From: Heptranchias perlo
Taxonomy: Eukaryota
Assembly (NCBI RefSeq): GCF_035084215.1
Contig: NC_090357.1
Location: 12,462,001 to 12,526,000 of the forward strand
Length of the DNA stretch: 64,000 nucleotides
Direction of reading: 5' to 3'
The translations under genes and the position numbers were made by a program. The notes beneath the pieces are model-generated. The model searched no databases. It was not told the origin of the DNA and saw nothing but the letters and a program-made list of their open reading frames with translations. Of the stretch, positions 37,668-50,160 are shown piece by piece. Each line of letters starts with the position of its first letter. Position 1 is the first letter of the stretch.

Positions 37668-38968
37668 GGAACATAGGGACAGAAGTAGTCCAGTTAGCCC
37701 TTCGAGCCTGTTCCATCATTCTATTAGATCATAGCTGACCTGTACGTCAACTCTATTTACCTGCCTTTGATCCATATCCCCTAATAACTAATAAAAATCT
37801 ATCGATCTCAGTCTTGAAAATTTCAATTGACCCAGCATCCACAGACTTTTGGGATTGTGAATTCCAGATTTCCACTACCCTTTGCGTGAAAAAGTGCTTC
37901 CTGATTTCACTCCTAACTGGCCTGGCTCTAATTTTAAGCTTATGCCCCCTTGTTTTCGATTTCCCCCACCAGAGGAAATAGTTTCTCTATATCTACCCCA
38001 TCAAATCCGTTTATCATTTTGAACACCTTGATACAAGAGCAAAGAAGTTATGATGAACCTTTATAAAACATTGGTTTGGCCACAACTGGAGTATTGTGTC
38101 CAGTTCTGGGCATCGGAAAGATTTGAAGGCCTTTTGAGAGGGTGCAGAAGAGATTTACTAGATTTCCGAGAATGAAGGACTTCAGTTACATGGATAGACT
38201 GGAGAAGCTGGGGTGGCTCTCCTTAGAGCAGAGAAGGTTGAGAGGAGATTTAATAGAGGTATCCAAAACCATGAGGGGTCCAGACAGAGTAGACAGAGAG
38301 AAACTGTTCCCATTGGCAGAAGGGTCAAGAACCAGAAGACATAGATTTTAGGTGATTGGCAAAAGAACCAAATGCGACATGAGGAAAAACTTTTGTACGC
38401 AGCAAGTGGTTAAGATCTAGAATGCACTGCCTAAGGGGTGGTGGAGGCAGATTCAATTGTAGTTTTCAAAAGGGAACTGGATAAATACTTGAAAGGAAAA
38501 AAATTGCAGAGCTATGGGGAAAGGGTGGGGGAATGGGACTAGCTGGATTGGTCTTGCAGAGAGCCGGCATGGACTCGATGGGCCGAATGGTCTCCTTCCA
38601 CGCTGAAACCATTCTGATTCTATGATTAGAGCACCTCTTAGCCCTCTAAACTCAAAGGAATACAAACCATGTTTATCCAACCTGTCCTCGTAATTTAATT
38701 CTTTAAACCCCACTTATCATTCTGGTGAATCTGCGCTGTACCCACCCAAGGCCATTATATTTGAGGTGCGGTGCCCGAAACTGAACACCAGATGGGGTCG
38801 GACCAAGACTCTGTACAACTGAAGCATCCCTTCCTCACTTTTGTATTCCAGACTCCTTGTGATAAAGGCTAACATTCCATTAGCCTTTTTGATTGCTTTT
38901 TATACCTATACACTAGCTTTTAATGATTTGCACATAGACACCTAAGTCCCTTTGCTCCTCCACAGCTC
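37668..38968 (-). mobile_element. CR1 3' fragment split by a plus-strand CR1 (pieces ~37668-38030 and ~38626-38968)
   Basis: Minus-strand tail at the left; MGFKELNYEDRLDKHGLYSFEFRGLRG continues on the right. Confidence 0.75.
38031..38625 (+). mobile_element. CR1 (HER1-like) 3' fragment
   Basis: RLEKLGWLSLEQRRLRGDLIEV...SRTR; tail gatgggccgaatgg...attctatga. Confidence 0.85.
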
Positions 38969-39209
38969 TTATTATTAAATGTACATTGTTTTTAGATGAA
39001 AGGAACCCTTAGTGCCATTTCATGATTTGTGACTGATAAATAGGCATGCCATGGAAGCCAGATTCATGTAGAACGAGGTGATGGTTTTGTGGGTTGTGGG
39101 CACCAGGAGTGGCAAGAGTAAAATGAGGCAACACAAAATAACCTTGCCCAAGTGCCAAAAAAAGGGCACGAGCTTGGCCAAGCTTGGAAAGAGGGCAATA
39201 GGACGTCTG

Positions 39210-39315
39210 TAATAAAAACAGAAAATGCTGGAAGTGTTCAGCAAGTCAGGCAGCATCTGCAGAGAAAGAAACAGAGTTAACGTTTCAGGTCAATGACCTT
39301 TCGTCAGAACTGGAC
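39210..39315 (-). mobile_element. Penelope-associated terminal repeat fragment
   Basis: aaaacagaaaatgctggaa...gttaacgtttcaggtc...cagaactgg; related pieces at ~10120-10160, ~29900-30070, ~36860-36950, ~49610-49700 and 52720. Confidence 0.6.
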
Positions 39316-39364
39316 ATCTTTAGCGGGAAGCTTGCCTGAGCCAAGAAAGAAAAGGTGAGAATTT

Positions 39365-39683
39365 TTTTAAATATTCGTTCATGGGATGTGGGCATCGCTG
39401 GCAAGGCCAGCATTTATTGCCCATCCCTAATTGCCCTTGAGAAGGTGGTGGTGAGCCGCCTTCTTGAACTGCTACAGTCCGTGTGGTGAAGGTTCTCCCA
39501 CAGTGCTGTTAGGTAGGGAGTTCCAGGATTTTGACCCAGCGATGATGAAGGAACAGCGATATATTTCCAAGTCAGGATGGTGTGTGACTTGGAGGGGAAC
39601 GTGCAGGTGGTGTTGTTCCCACGTGCCTGCTGCCCTTGTCCTTCTAGGTGGTAGAGGTCGTGGGTTTGGGAGGTGCTGTCGAA
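39365..39683 (-). mobile_element. LINE family B 3' fragment
   Basis: LRQHLPNPRPLPPRRTRAAG...GSKSWNSLPNS; near-identical to 59370-59680. Confidence 0.85.
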
Positions 39684-40348
39684 GAATGAAAAGAAACAAA
39701 TGAGAAGAGATAAAATAAAAAGTATGGTAACAAGAAAAAATGGAAAAAGCTCAAATGGTGAGCAGGCGGAGAACAGGAAGGCTGAGAAGAGTGGCAAACT
39801 GACACAGTTCTCCAAAAAATAAAGACAAACCACAAAAAGAAACTAGGAAAACTTCCAACTGTGAACAAAAAATAGGAATAAGAAAGACTGATGTGAGGTG
39901 GGCTACGATTTATTGACCCAGTGTGGAGGGAAAGGAGACAGAATTCTACCATTGTTGTGCGGAATAACAGGCTTTTGTAAACAAAAAAGGTTGAAAGTTC
40001 AGTAACAAATGGAAACCACGTTAAAGGAATCCTAGACCAGGAGTTTGGAGGAAACAAAAGAAAGGAGATTTAGAAAAAACTTAAACAAGGAAACTAAGAC
40101 ATGTACGGGAGAGGCCAGACAGAAGAGCAGAGGGCCAATAACTAATTTTAAATTAAGGTGAACAAAGAAAACTGTTGCAAGAGTTGAAATTGTTTTTGAC
40201 AGAAGATCAGACACTGGAGGCAGAGTGCATTAACCACAGATTCACATGGACTGAATTAAAAGTTAAAAGATATTTATAATTTAATTCCAAATATTATTTG
40301 TAAAATAGCTTTTGTTAAATAAAATTACTATACTGTTCATGTTAAGGT

Positions 40349-40792
40349 ATCAGTCTTGGCTCAGTGGCAGCCTCTGAGTCGGAAGGCTAAGGATTCAAAA
40401 CCTACTCCAGAGATTTGAGCACATAATCGAGGCTGGCCTTGCAGTGCAGTACTGAAGGAGTGCTGCATTGTTGGAGGTGCCGTCTTTTGGAAGCGATGTT
40501 AAACTGAGGCCCTGTCCGCCCTCTCAGGTGTTAAAGGTCCCGCAGCATTATTCAAAGAAGTGCAGCGGAATTGTCCTGGCCAACAATAATCCCTCAACCA
40601 ACACCTAAAACAGATGATCTGGTCATTTATTTTATTACTGTTTATGGGATCTTGCTGTGGCAAATTGACTGCCACATTTCCGACATTACAACAGTGACTA
40701 CACTACAAAAGTACTTAATTGGTTGTAATCGCTTTGGGATGTCCTGAGGTCATGAAAGGTGCTATACAAATGCAAGTCTTTCTTTTCTTTTT
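40349..40792 (+). mobile_element. Deu-domain SINE (SacSINE1-like), full length
   Basis: Same head, core and tail as 32699-33144. Confidence 0.85.
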
Positions 40793-42147
40793 ATGATAGC
40801 TGGAAGTTCCTCTCTCTGCCCCATTATTTGATATTTTAAAAGATATTCCTTTCCTGTGGCCTTACATACACGATTGTTGTGCATTTCTTTAAGATCTTTT
40901 TGTCTCATTTCCTGATGTTTTTACAAACCTATATTAAAATCTGTAAAAAGATCCCAATAAACTTTGTCATGCACAAATTTCTGTCACTTCAGTATGACCT
41001 CCCTGGCTATCTAAGGAGTTGTTTTTGTTATGTGATTAACAAACAGATCATTGAAATCCTCTTAAATATACAAAGGTCACTTGACAATTAGATTGAATGT
41101 TTCAAAATTGATACACAGCTTTAAATATCAGCAATGTTGTGATTAGCTGTCATTGTTGTAAAAGTCTTGTTATATTCACACTCAGTGTTGATACTGAATA
41201 TTCCCACTGTACACCTCCTCTTTCTACTGATGATTAGGCTATTATTTTGAAGCTTTAATTCATATTTTGTACATTATTTTCTTAATGCAGCTTATAGTGC
41301 ATTCCTCAGCATCGTATCTGATTTGGGCTGGCATCTCACCTTATTGGGCACTGAGGCCTGAGCCTACTTAGTGCCGATTGGTAGTGTGCCCCAGAAGTGC
41401 TTGTAGCATTATTGGCCTGCACATGTGTTGCTCACAAGGCTCATTACATCTTCAGAAACAATGGAAATTTAAACATATAATGTATCTCAAATGCCTGAAC
41501 ATGATGGTTGTCACCTCTTAAAGGTGCCTCATGCTGTCTCAATTACTAACAGTCCATGTTGGATTTTGTTGACCTAAATGGAAAAGTGTTTTGTAATTTT
41601 GCTGTTTAACTGCTTCAGGACAATGCAACTGTATAGAAACAGCTTCTTAAAGACCCTGTCCATCTGCTAGATCCAGAAGGAGTGCTCCTCAGGGTTGCAC
41701 AAAAATAACCCTCCCGTGGATAGTACCTCCCGACCTACCTTTTTCTGGTCTGGCCTCCGGACTACCTTATATTGTGCTGGCCCGGAGCCCACAGGATGCC
41801 CCGGAGTGCCCGTTTTCCACTTGCAGCCCGCCAGAGGTATGGTAATGAGGCCCAGTCGTCAAAATGCACCAGGGTCCCCGTCAACATTATCGGGCAGCTG
41901 GCCAGACAAGCTCCGATGGTTGGCCACCCAATAATCAAAATCTGTCTCATCAAGTGTTCCCTCCTGCAATTCGAGCCCTTCACACCCACAACCTCCGGAG
42001 TCCTCTTTCCATAAGGAGTCAATTGATTCCTCCCTCTGGTTTGTACTTGGTGGTGCCTGTTATGCGCAGCCTTCTCCTGTAGAATATATGTTTGAATTAG
42101 GAATCTGAAAAAAGATTTATGTGACCCAAGTGTCCAGAAGAGTCGAC

Positions 42148-42640
42148 GGCCTAGAAATTGGGCCAGGTAGCGCCTCTTTTTAGGCGCTAAGTGGTCTTCT
42201 AAGTCCCCAAAGTGGCGGGCAGGAAGAGCTTATAATCTTCCAACCAGAATTGCACTGCCTGCCATATTGGGTAAGGACAAACAAGACGCATCCTTTACCC
42301 ACACCTGAAGCAGGTGTTAGCCCCTTTGCACATGCAAATTAGGGGCCTAACATCTGCTTGAGGTCCCCACTGTAAGAGTGCAGTGCCTTGAGGCAGCCAG
42401 TGCCATCGCAGGCTGCTCAGGAAACCAACCCTACAGAACGTCTGCAACAGAATAGGTAAGTTACTGACCGTTGTAGAGCCGGGAGGAGCAGGAGTGCTCC
42501 TCCTGACCCCACGTTAAACTACCATCCCGATTGCCGGAGCTCCTGGCCCCCTTGGCCCTGAGATTCCCAACTGAACTCCAGACTCCTCGGACCTTACCAT
42601 TCATGTACAGCATAAGTATCCTGTGTGGGGGCCGGGGTGG
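42148..42640. mobile_element. Harbinger-related non-autonomous element end
   Basis: ggcctagaaattgggcc.gtagcgcc... is paralogous to 62234-62556 and to the reverse complement of 44760-44882. Confidence 0.55.
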
Positions 42641-43337
42641 GTGGGGGAGGGAGCAAAAATAAAACTCTATTACGTGGAAGCTGCCTTGCTCATAATTGCT
42701 TAGGTAGACATTACTTTCCATCAGATGTCTTATTTTGCAGTAGTTAAGGAACATATAGTACTTGTATAATAACTTGGCTCCAGTTATTGTACATTTTTGA
42801 CATTCTGTTAGGACATGTAAAAGTACAGCATATCTCTATGAGCAATTTCAGCCAAATCCTTCAAAAAGGAAATACATGTTTAATTACCACCACACATACC
42901 TGTGATATGGCTGACAGATTCTTGCCTAATGCCCCAGGAAATTGTGCAATGCTGCCCCTGTTGTGTACTGTGCAAAGACAATATTCCTTTTGTCAATTCT
43001 ACAGGCATCTATTAAATAACCCTGTCTGTACAACATCCTCTTGAATATCAGCTCCTTGGTGAGGATATCGTCATGGAATTTACTTTAATAAAACTAAAGT
43101 AGATAGTCACAGTGTGATTGATTATTGCTGTTATGTAATTAGCTCACCACAGGAGAATAATTTAAAAAAACTTCATGCTTTCTGAAAAAACAAGGCTATG
43201 AAGTTGTACAGTGCTTAGTCACCATTTTAATTAAAGAGATGGTCTGTTTCCAGCAGAGTTCCTAATCAATAATATCTTGAACAATTATTATAGAAATCAA
43301 ATGTATTTTGGTACAGAAGGAGGCCATTTGACCCACT

Positions 43338-44882
43338 GGGGGTTAAATTGGTTAACCCCTGAAAACAGGCGCGGGGATCGGGGTGCGCCATTAACCCACG
43401 CCCGGTCGTCGAGTTGCCTGGTGATTTCGATGATGGCAGCCATCCCTCCCTGCTCTGTTGAGTGGCTGCTCACCAGCAGGGGGCTCAGATATTGTGAGTG
43501 GCTTGCACCACTTAAAGGCAGCCTGCACCTCTTAAAGGGAAGGTGCACAATGTCTGCAGTTAGTGGTGGAAGTCAATGGTGAAGTGAATCAGTGTTGCAA
43601 TATAATGAAGCATGGTGATGATGGGAACTCTGGAATTTTTAATGAGCAACAATTTGGCTGCTCAAAGTTTGCGGGACTCTTGTATTTTCAAAATATAAGA
43701 TACAGATCTGAACGGAGATCAGAAATTGCACACCTAAAACACAGATGCAGCTCCCGTCCTTATGTTTACAAACTGTTGCGTTCCTTCAAAACATTGAATA
43801 AAAGTTGCTCAGCACGACACTCCCCATCACCCACCTACCAATAAACTCTTTCAATCAGTACTTACCTCTTCCAATCAGATGCTTCATCTCACCCTCACAC
43901 ATTACCACTGCTGCAAGCCACACACCACAACTCACAGGTCACACACACTGGCAGCTATTCAACTATGACAGCCATATCACCCAAATATCTTGCAGGACAC
44001 TCACGACACACGTCCTACTTTCTTGCAGGAGTAGATGGAGTATTACAGGAGGTTGCAAGTGGCAGTGGCTCCATGGAACATGAACCTGATGTCTTCTCTC
44101 AGGATGACAGCATTCCTGTCCCATCCCTGCCACTCCGCCAGTGCCCTTGCTGTTGTCTGTCAGCTAGCCAGCCCACTCCCTGTTGAGTATTGAAACTTTA
44201 TTATAGGAACATAGGAACAGGAGTAGGCCATTTAGCCCCTCGAGCCTGTTCCGCCATTCAATGAGATCATGGTTGATCTGTGACCTAACTCCATGCGGCC
44301 TTCGCCCCATATCCCTTAATACCTTTGGTTAACAAAAATCTATCAATCTCAGATTTAAAATGAACAATTGAGCTAGCATCAACTGCAGTTTGCAGAAGAG
44401 CGTTCCAAACTTCTACCACCCTTTGGGTGTAGAAGCGTTTCCTAACTTCACTCCTGGCTCTAATTTTTAGGCTCTATCCCCTTGACCTAGTATTCAAATG
44501 CATCAGCAGCCAGAAGCAATAATGCAGCAACTAACCTGCAACTCCTGCATGATCCCTTTAAGTAGCGCTGGTGGTGGTGGGGGGGGGGGGTCCTCCATGC
44601 TGTTTTAAAACCTGTTCAGCTATGTGAGGTTAGGACAATGCGTTGGCCGGAGCGTGGAGTTCCAAAATCGCATCTGTCCCTTTAAATCAGATTACCGCAT
44701 AATCTCCCTACTTTACATGCAGCCGGCGTTCGTTAAGTGCGCGTGCGCAAACGCCTTTACCAATATGGCGTCTGTGCACGTCTCGCCGGAAATGTGCGCA
44801 TGCATCGTGGGTGCCATTTTGGGTCCTTAGGAGCCCGCTTAGTGCCGACACAACGGGCGCTACGCGGCCCAATTTAGACCCC
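43338..44882. mobile_element. Harbinger-type non-autonomous element with a nested CR1 fragment
   Basis: TIR GGGGGTTAAATTGG vs GGGGTCTAAATTGG (12/14); ACT TSD on both sides; CA-rich interior like the intron of the 23-kb element. Confidence 0.7.
44203..44490 (-). mobile_element. CR1 3' end fragment
   Basis: ataggaacataggaacaggagtaggcc...cccctcgagcctg tail. Confidence 0.8.
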
Positions 44883-45984
44883 ACTGTGTCTGTCGTGGAC
44901 TGAAGCAATCTATTCTATTACCATTGTAATGCTCAAAAGCCTTTTGGAGTCCATTTCACAATGAAGGATTAACATACTCACATTTAGAAATTGCATCTTT
45001 ATCTTCACACATAATTCATACTTGCATGGTTTATATTAAACAAGTAATGTGCTATGAAGTAATATTATTCAAAGCTCCTCGCTCAGAATTTTCAGTTTGT
45101 CTCCCCTTCTTTTACTTTGTACTATTTTTGCTAGTTAGGTTATTTTATGCTGTCATCTTATTTCTGCAAGTTATTTTAGTCCCTGTGCTCCAGCAGTGAA
45201 ATCTGGTCCCTCACAGACCCGTGCTTTTGCTGTTCTTTTTAGTTGGCAGCTAGAAGGTTCACATAAACAATGTAAGTTGACTCGACCTCTGCTTATCCTT
45301 TCCTCTGAGGATGCACTTCTTCTGTACACAATACCATCCCCAGATCCCCAGTTAGCACAGCGGAGAACAGAATCTCACTGGGCAGTGATTGCCATTGAGA
45401 ACCCACATTATTGCCTCATCTCATATCATTTGAGCTCTAGAAAAACCATAGTCAGAATTCTCTCCCAAAACAGAAAAATAACAAGTTTTACAATTTCTTA
45501 CTCTGTTCAGTTAAAAAGTGTTCTTTTGTTTCCACTAGGTCTTCCTTTGTACTTCATGTTGTCCAGTATTGGAAATTTACAGATGTTAATTGATAGAATA
45601 TGACAGGATTCTCAAAGCTGTAAAGGATTTCAATACTCAATTGGTTGCAACAAAATGATTAACATGTTCTATTTACCCTGGCTTGGGCTTCCCTGCAGCT
45701 GTACATTGGAATAACAAGTCTCCTGAGTTTACTTTTAATGCAGCCTTTCTTTATTAGCAGTCGTAAATACAATGCACATGTAATTTTTAAGTAACTTAAG
45801 CTGCAAGGCATTTTTAAATGAATAAGTTGAAAAACACAATGGCAGCTGCTACTAGGCTATATGTTTTCCGTTAAACTGGTTGAAAGGATCCAACGCAATC
45901 CGATTAAAATAAACAGCTGGTCTTTGCTTGCCTAAATGTTTCCCATTTAAAGACTCAGAATTACAGGTTGATTCCCAATTTTCT

Positions 45985-46234
45985 TTGCTTCACCATTGAC
46001 GGCCGTGCCTTCAGCTGCCTAGGCCCTAAGCTCTGGAATTCCCTTCCTAAAACTCTCTACCTCTCTACCTCTCTCTCCTCCTTTAAGATGCTCCTTAAAA
46101 CCTTCTTTCTTTGACCAAGCTTTTGGCCACTTGTCCTAATGTTTCCTTATTTTGTTTGATAAGCGCTCTTGTGAAGCGCCTTGGGACATTTTACTATGTT
46201 AAAAGCACTACATAAATGCAAGTTGTTGTTGTTG
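45985..46234 (+). mobile_element. L2 3' UTR fragment
   Basis: ggccgtgccttcagctg...aagctctggaattcc...aaatgcaagttgttgttgttg. Confidence 0.8.
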
Positions 46235-46236
46235 AT

Positions 46237-46565
46237 GGGTTAGCACACTCTCCTTTAAACTTTGGGATCGAGTTTTGAATCCAGCTTAGGTTGTTGATAC
46301 GCAAGTTTTTTCGTTCTGCTAGCTGTACGGGCCCATCATCAAATGAGCTTGGCCACCCTGACCGAAGTTCATAATGGTTGTGGATCTGCAAAACTAAACT
46401 ACCTACAATTCAACACAAAATAGTCCCAAATTAGCACTCTCTCTTAGAGAGGACATCAGGATGATTAGAATAGGAAGTGAAAGGATGCTGCAAGTGACAC
46501 CTTTCTAAGTTTGGAATTTAAAACACGTTGCTGGAGCAGAGCAGCAGGAGCTTTATTCTGCATCA
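46237..46565 (+). mobile_element. Old SINE, LF-SINE-like
   Basis: tRNA-like head (gttttgaatccagc), aaatgagcttgg, aaattagcact; paralog at 28700-29045. Confidence 0.4.
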
Positions 46566-46569
46566 TTGA

Positions 46570-47030
46570 GTTACATCGAAACGACAGTACAGAAACAGGC
46601 CATTCGGTCCAACTGGTCTATGCTGGCGTTTATGCTCCACATGAGCCTCCTCCTTCCCTACTTCATCTAACTCAGGATAACCTTCTATTCCTTTCTCCCT
46701 CATGTATTTATCTAGCTTCCCCTTAAATGTACCTATGCTATTTGTCTCAATTACTCCTTGTGGTAGCACGTTCCACATTCTTACCACTCTTCGGGTAAAG
46801 AAGTTTCTCCTGAATTCTCTATTAGATTTATTAGCGACTATTTTATATTTATGACCTCAAGTTTTGAACTCCCCCACAAGTGCAAACATTTTCTCTATGT
46901 CTACCCTTTCAAACCCTATCGTTATCTAAAAGGCCTCTATCAGGACACCCCTCAGCCTTCTTTTTTCTGGAGTAAAGAGCCCCAGCCCATTCAGCCTTTC
47001 CTGACAAGGATATCCTCTCAGTTCTGGAAT
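46570..47030 (-). mobile_element. CR1 3' fragment (same subfamily as 18470-18965)
   Basis: RMWNVLPQGVIETNSIGTFKGKLDKYM. Confidence 0.8.
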
Positions 47031-47390
47031 GTTCTTGCACCTGACCTGGGAATATTTGACATTAACACTGGCTGCTCAATGGCGGAATGTTTCAATCTTG
47101 CTCGTATGAGCCATGTTGATTAACTGGCAAGTAATAAAGGGCTGGCTGATTGTGAAAAGAAAATGGAAGAATTTACTATTGGGTTACTGAGGAGTAGGGG
47201 CATTGATTCTTGAATCCCTTCAGAACTTTTATAGTGACTTAGATATGGTTTATGGTTTATTTTTAAATGTAACATTTCTCAAAATATTAGCTTGTGATAG
47301 TATATTTGAAGGTAATCTATGAAACGTGCCTGACCAAGATTTAAACAATTGGTCTGTTATTGTCGCTGAGGATTCCATTGTGTTTGCTGA

Positions 47391-48602
47391 CATAAGAACA
47401 TAAGAAATTGGAGCAGGAGTAGGCCAATCGGCCCCTCGAGCCTGCTCCGCCATTCAATAAGATCATGGCTGATCTGATCCCAACCACAAATCTAAAGAAC
47501 ACAAGAAGTCGGAGCAGGACCCGGCCACATAGCCCCTGGGCCCTCTCCGCCACCCACAGGGCATTGACCGATCCGAACTCAGCTTCATGTCCAATTTCCT
47601 GCCCGCTCCCCATAACCCCTAATTCCCTTTACTTCTAGGAAACTGTCTATTTCTGTTTTAAATTTATCTAATGATGTAGCTTCCACAGCTTCCTGGGGCA
47701 GCAAATTCCACAGACCCACCACCCTCTGAGTGAAGAAGTTTCTCCTCATCTCAGTTTTGAAAGAGCAGCCCCTTATTCTGAGATTATGCCCCCTAGTTCT
47801 AGTTTCACCCATCTTTGGGAACATCCTTACTGCATCCACCCGATCAAGACCCTTCACAATCTTATATGTTTCAATAAGATCGCCTCTCATTCTTCTGAAC
47901 TCCAATGAGTAGAGTCCCAATCTACTCAACCTCTCCTCATATGTCCGCCCCCTCATCCCCGGGATTAACCGAGTGAACCTTCTTTGTACTGCCTCGAGAG
48001 CAAGTATGTCTTTTCTTAAGTATGGAGACCAAAACTGTATGCAGTATTCCAGGTGCGGTCTCACCAATACCTTATATAACTGCAGCAATACCTCCTTGTT
48101 TTTATATTCTATCCCTCTAGCAATAAAAGCCAACATTCCGTTGGCTTTCTTGATCACCTGCTGCACCTGCATACCAACTTTTTGATTTTCTTGCACTAGG
48201 ACCCCCAGATCCCTTTGTACTGCAGTACTTTCCAGTCTCTCGCCATTAAGAAAATAACTTGCTCTCTGATTTTTCCTGCCAAAGTGCATAACCTCACATT
48301 TTCCAATATTATATTGCATCTGCCAAATCTCCGCCCACTCACCCAGCCTGTCTATATCCCCTTGCAGGTTTTTTATGTCCTCCTCACTCTCTACTTTCCC
48401 TCCCATCTTTGTATCATCTGCAAATTTTGATATGTTGCACTCGGTCCCCTCCTCCAAATCGTTAATATAGATTGTAAAGAGTTGGGGACCCAGCACCGAC
48501 CCCTGTGGAACACCACTGGTTACTGGTTGCCAGTCCGAAAATGAACCATTTATCCCAACTCTCTGCTTCCTGTTCGATAACCAATCCTCCACCCATGCCA
48601 GA
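47391..48602 (-). mobile_element. Young CR1 LINE, 5'-truncated
   Basis: Near-identical to 1567-2820; cataagaa tail repeat. Confidence 0.95.
47585..48592 (-). CDS. CR1 ORF2 reverse transcriptase C-terminal portion
   Basis: GVPQGSVLGP, intact FADDTK, RPHLEYC; uninterrupted 335 codons. Confidence 0.9.
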   Translation of the reverse strand: MEDWLSNRKQRVGINGSFSDWQPVTSGVPQGSVLGPQLFTIYINDLEEGTECNISKFADDTKMGGKVESEEDIKNLQGDIDRLGEWAEIWQMQYNIGKCEVMHFGRKNQRASYFLNGERLESTAVQRDLGVLVQENQKVGMQVQQVIKKANGMLAFIARGIEYKNKEVLLQLYKVLVRPHLEYCIQFWSPYLRKDILALEAVQRRFTRLIPGMRGRTYEERLSRLGLYSLEFRRMRGDLIETYKIVKGLDRVDAVRMFPKMGETRTRGHNLRIRGCSFKTEMRRNFFTQRVVGLWNLLPQEAVEATSLDKFKTEIDSFLEVKGIRGYGERAGNWT

Positions 48603-48834
48603 TTGGAGGAAGATTAAAGATAATGATGATTAATGGAATAATGAGGATTGAGGAATAAATGTACTTTGATGGGTACTAATTAAATAAAAAGTCATCTTGT
48701 ATCCAAAGAAAAGGTATGGACTCATGGACTCTTCAGACATTGTTTTGTATTACTACAATGTTGTTGACTCCTGGCACTAGTTAACGTTCTAAAAGCTGCT
48801 ATTATTCCTACCATGTATATTTGTTGTGCATGTA

Positions 48835-49100
48835 CATAGAAATAGGAGTAGGCAATTCAGCCCCTCGAGCCTGTTCCACCATTCACTTAGATCATGGCTG
48901 ATCTGTATTTTAACTCCATCTACCTGCCTTGGTTCCTTAACCCTTAAAATCAGCAAAAATCTAGCAATCTCAGTTTTGGAATTTTCAATTGCCCTAGCCT
49001 CAACAGCTTTTTGGGGAGGAAGAGTACCAGATTTCCACTACCCTTTGTGTGAAGAAGTGCTTCCAGACATCACCCCTGAATGGCCTAGTTCTAATTTGAT
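48835..49100 (-). mobile_element. CR1 3' end fragment
   Basis: FRGDVWKHFFTQRVVEIW plus tail. Confidence 0.8.
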
Positions 49101-49849
49101 TATTTTTATGTATAAGGGTCAATTCATTGAGACCAAGCTCCTGGAGCAGAGCCTTGCACATCAGAGTCAGTGATTGGGCAACCTGGAGAGAAAGTGAGCT
49201 CGTCCAATTCATACCAATCCAAATCTCCAATGATATTATCAGGGGAAGTTGCCCTTCACACTTGTTTGTTCAATCAATACTCCTGGCAAACAAGGCTGTA
49301 CACCAGAAGCGTAGGATCTCTGAATTTACCCCGTAATGCTTTGTATCAAAATAAAATCCCTTGTCTGGTAAAAGTTTTTAAATCATTACAGAAGAGAAAA
49401 TACAAAACAAGTGAACAATTCTGCATTGTTTTTCAGGCCTTGTACTTTGTCTGATCCGGTGCTGCAGTAAAGGTTATTCCATTTCTATTTTGCTGCACAA
49501 CTGTAGCATGGTCCCTGGATTACTTTTAATGCTAGTAGATATAGACTGGATGTGTAATTTAAACAAGCTAAACTATATGCTAATTCAAAATGAAGAAAAT
49601 AGCAAATGAAAACATGTAATGCTGGAAATGCACAGTAGGTCAGTAAGCATCTGTAAAAAGAAACGACAAATTATGCTGTTTTGGGTGTAAATCTTTCATA
49701 ATGATGCTGATGATTTTTTTATTTCTGGGTGTGAATGACTGTATTTGAGGTTGTGGTGCTCTGTTTCTGCTGCATATTGAGACTATTTTAATGAGCTGGA
49801 AAGTGAGGGGGCATAAAGCAGGAGAAATACAGAGACAGAGACACAGAGA

Positions 49850-50160
49850 AAGAGAGAGCAATGGGAGTAAAGAGAGAGACCAATGGGAACCAGGAGTTGG
49901 GAGAGTGGTAGAAACAAGGAGTAGAGAGAGAGCATTGGCAACCTGGAGTAGAGAGAGAGCAGTGTGAACCTGGAGTAGAGAGAGAGCCGTGTGAACCAGG
50001 AGTAGAGAGAGAGCAGTGGGAGCCAGGAATAGAGAGAGAGCAGTGGGAACCAGGAGTAGAGAGAGAGAGCAGTAGGAACCAGGAGTAGAGAGAGAGAGCA
50101 GTGGGTACCAGGAGTAGAGAAAGAGCAGTGGGAACAAGGACTTTAGAGAGCAGTGGGAAT
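49850..50160. repeat. Purine-rich minisatellite, ~27-31-bp unit, about 10 copies
   Basis: Unit (ga)n-gcagtgggaaccaggagta with a variable GA count. Confidence 0.9.

Noticed and set aside
39414-40214. Phe/Leu-rich minus-strand ORFs as membrane proteins
   Set aside because: They result from the T-rich complement of an A-rich tract fused to a LINE fragment
49850-50160. Repeat array as CRISPR, and the repetitive ORFs 49640-50137 and 49788-50264 as genes
   Set aside because: There are no unique spacers and the context is eukaryotic; the ORFs are translations of the minisatellite
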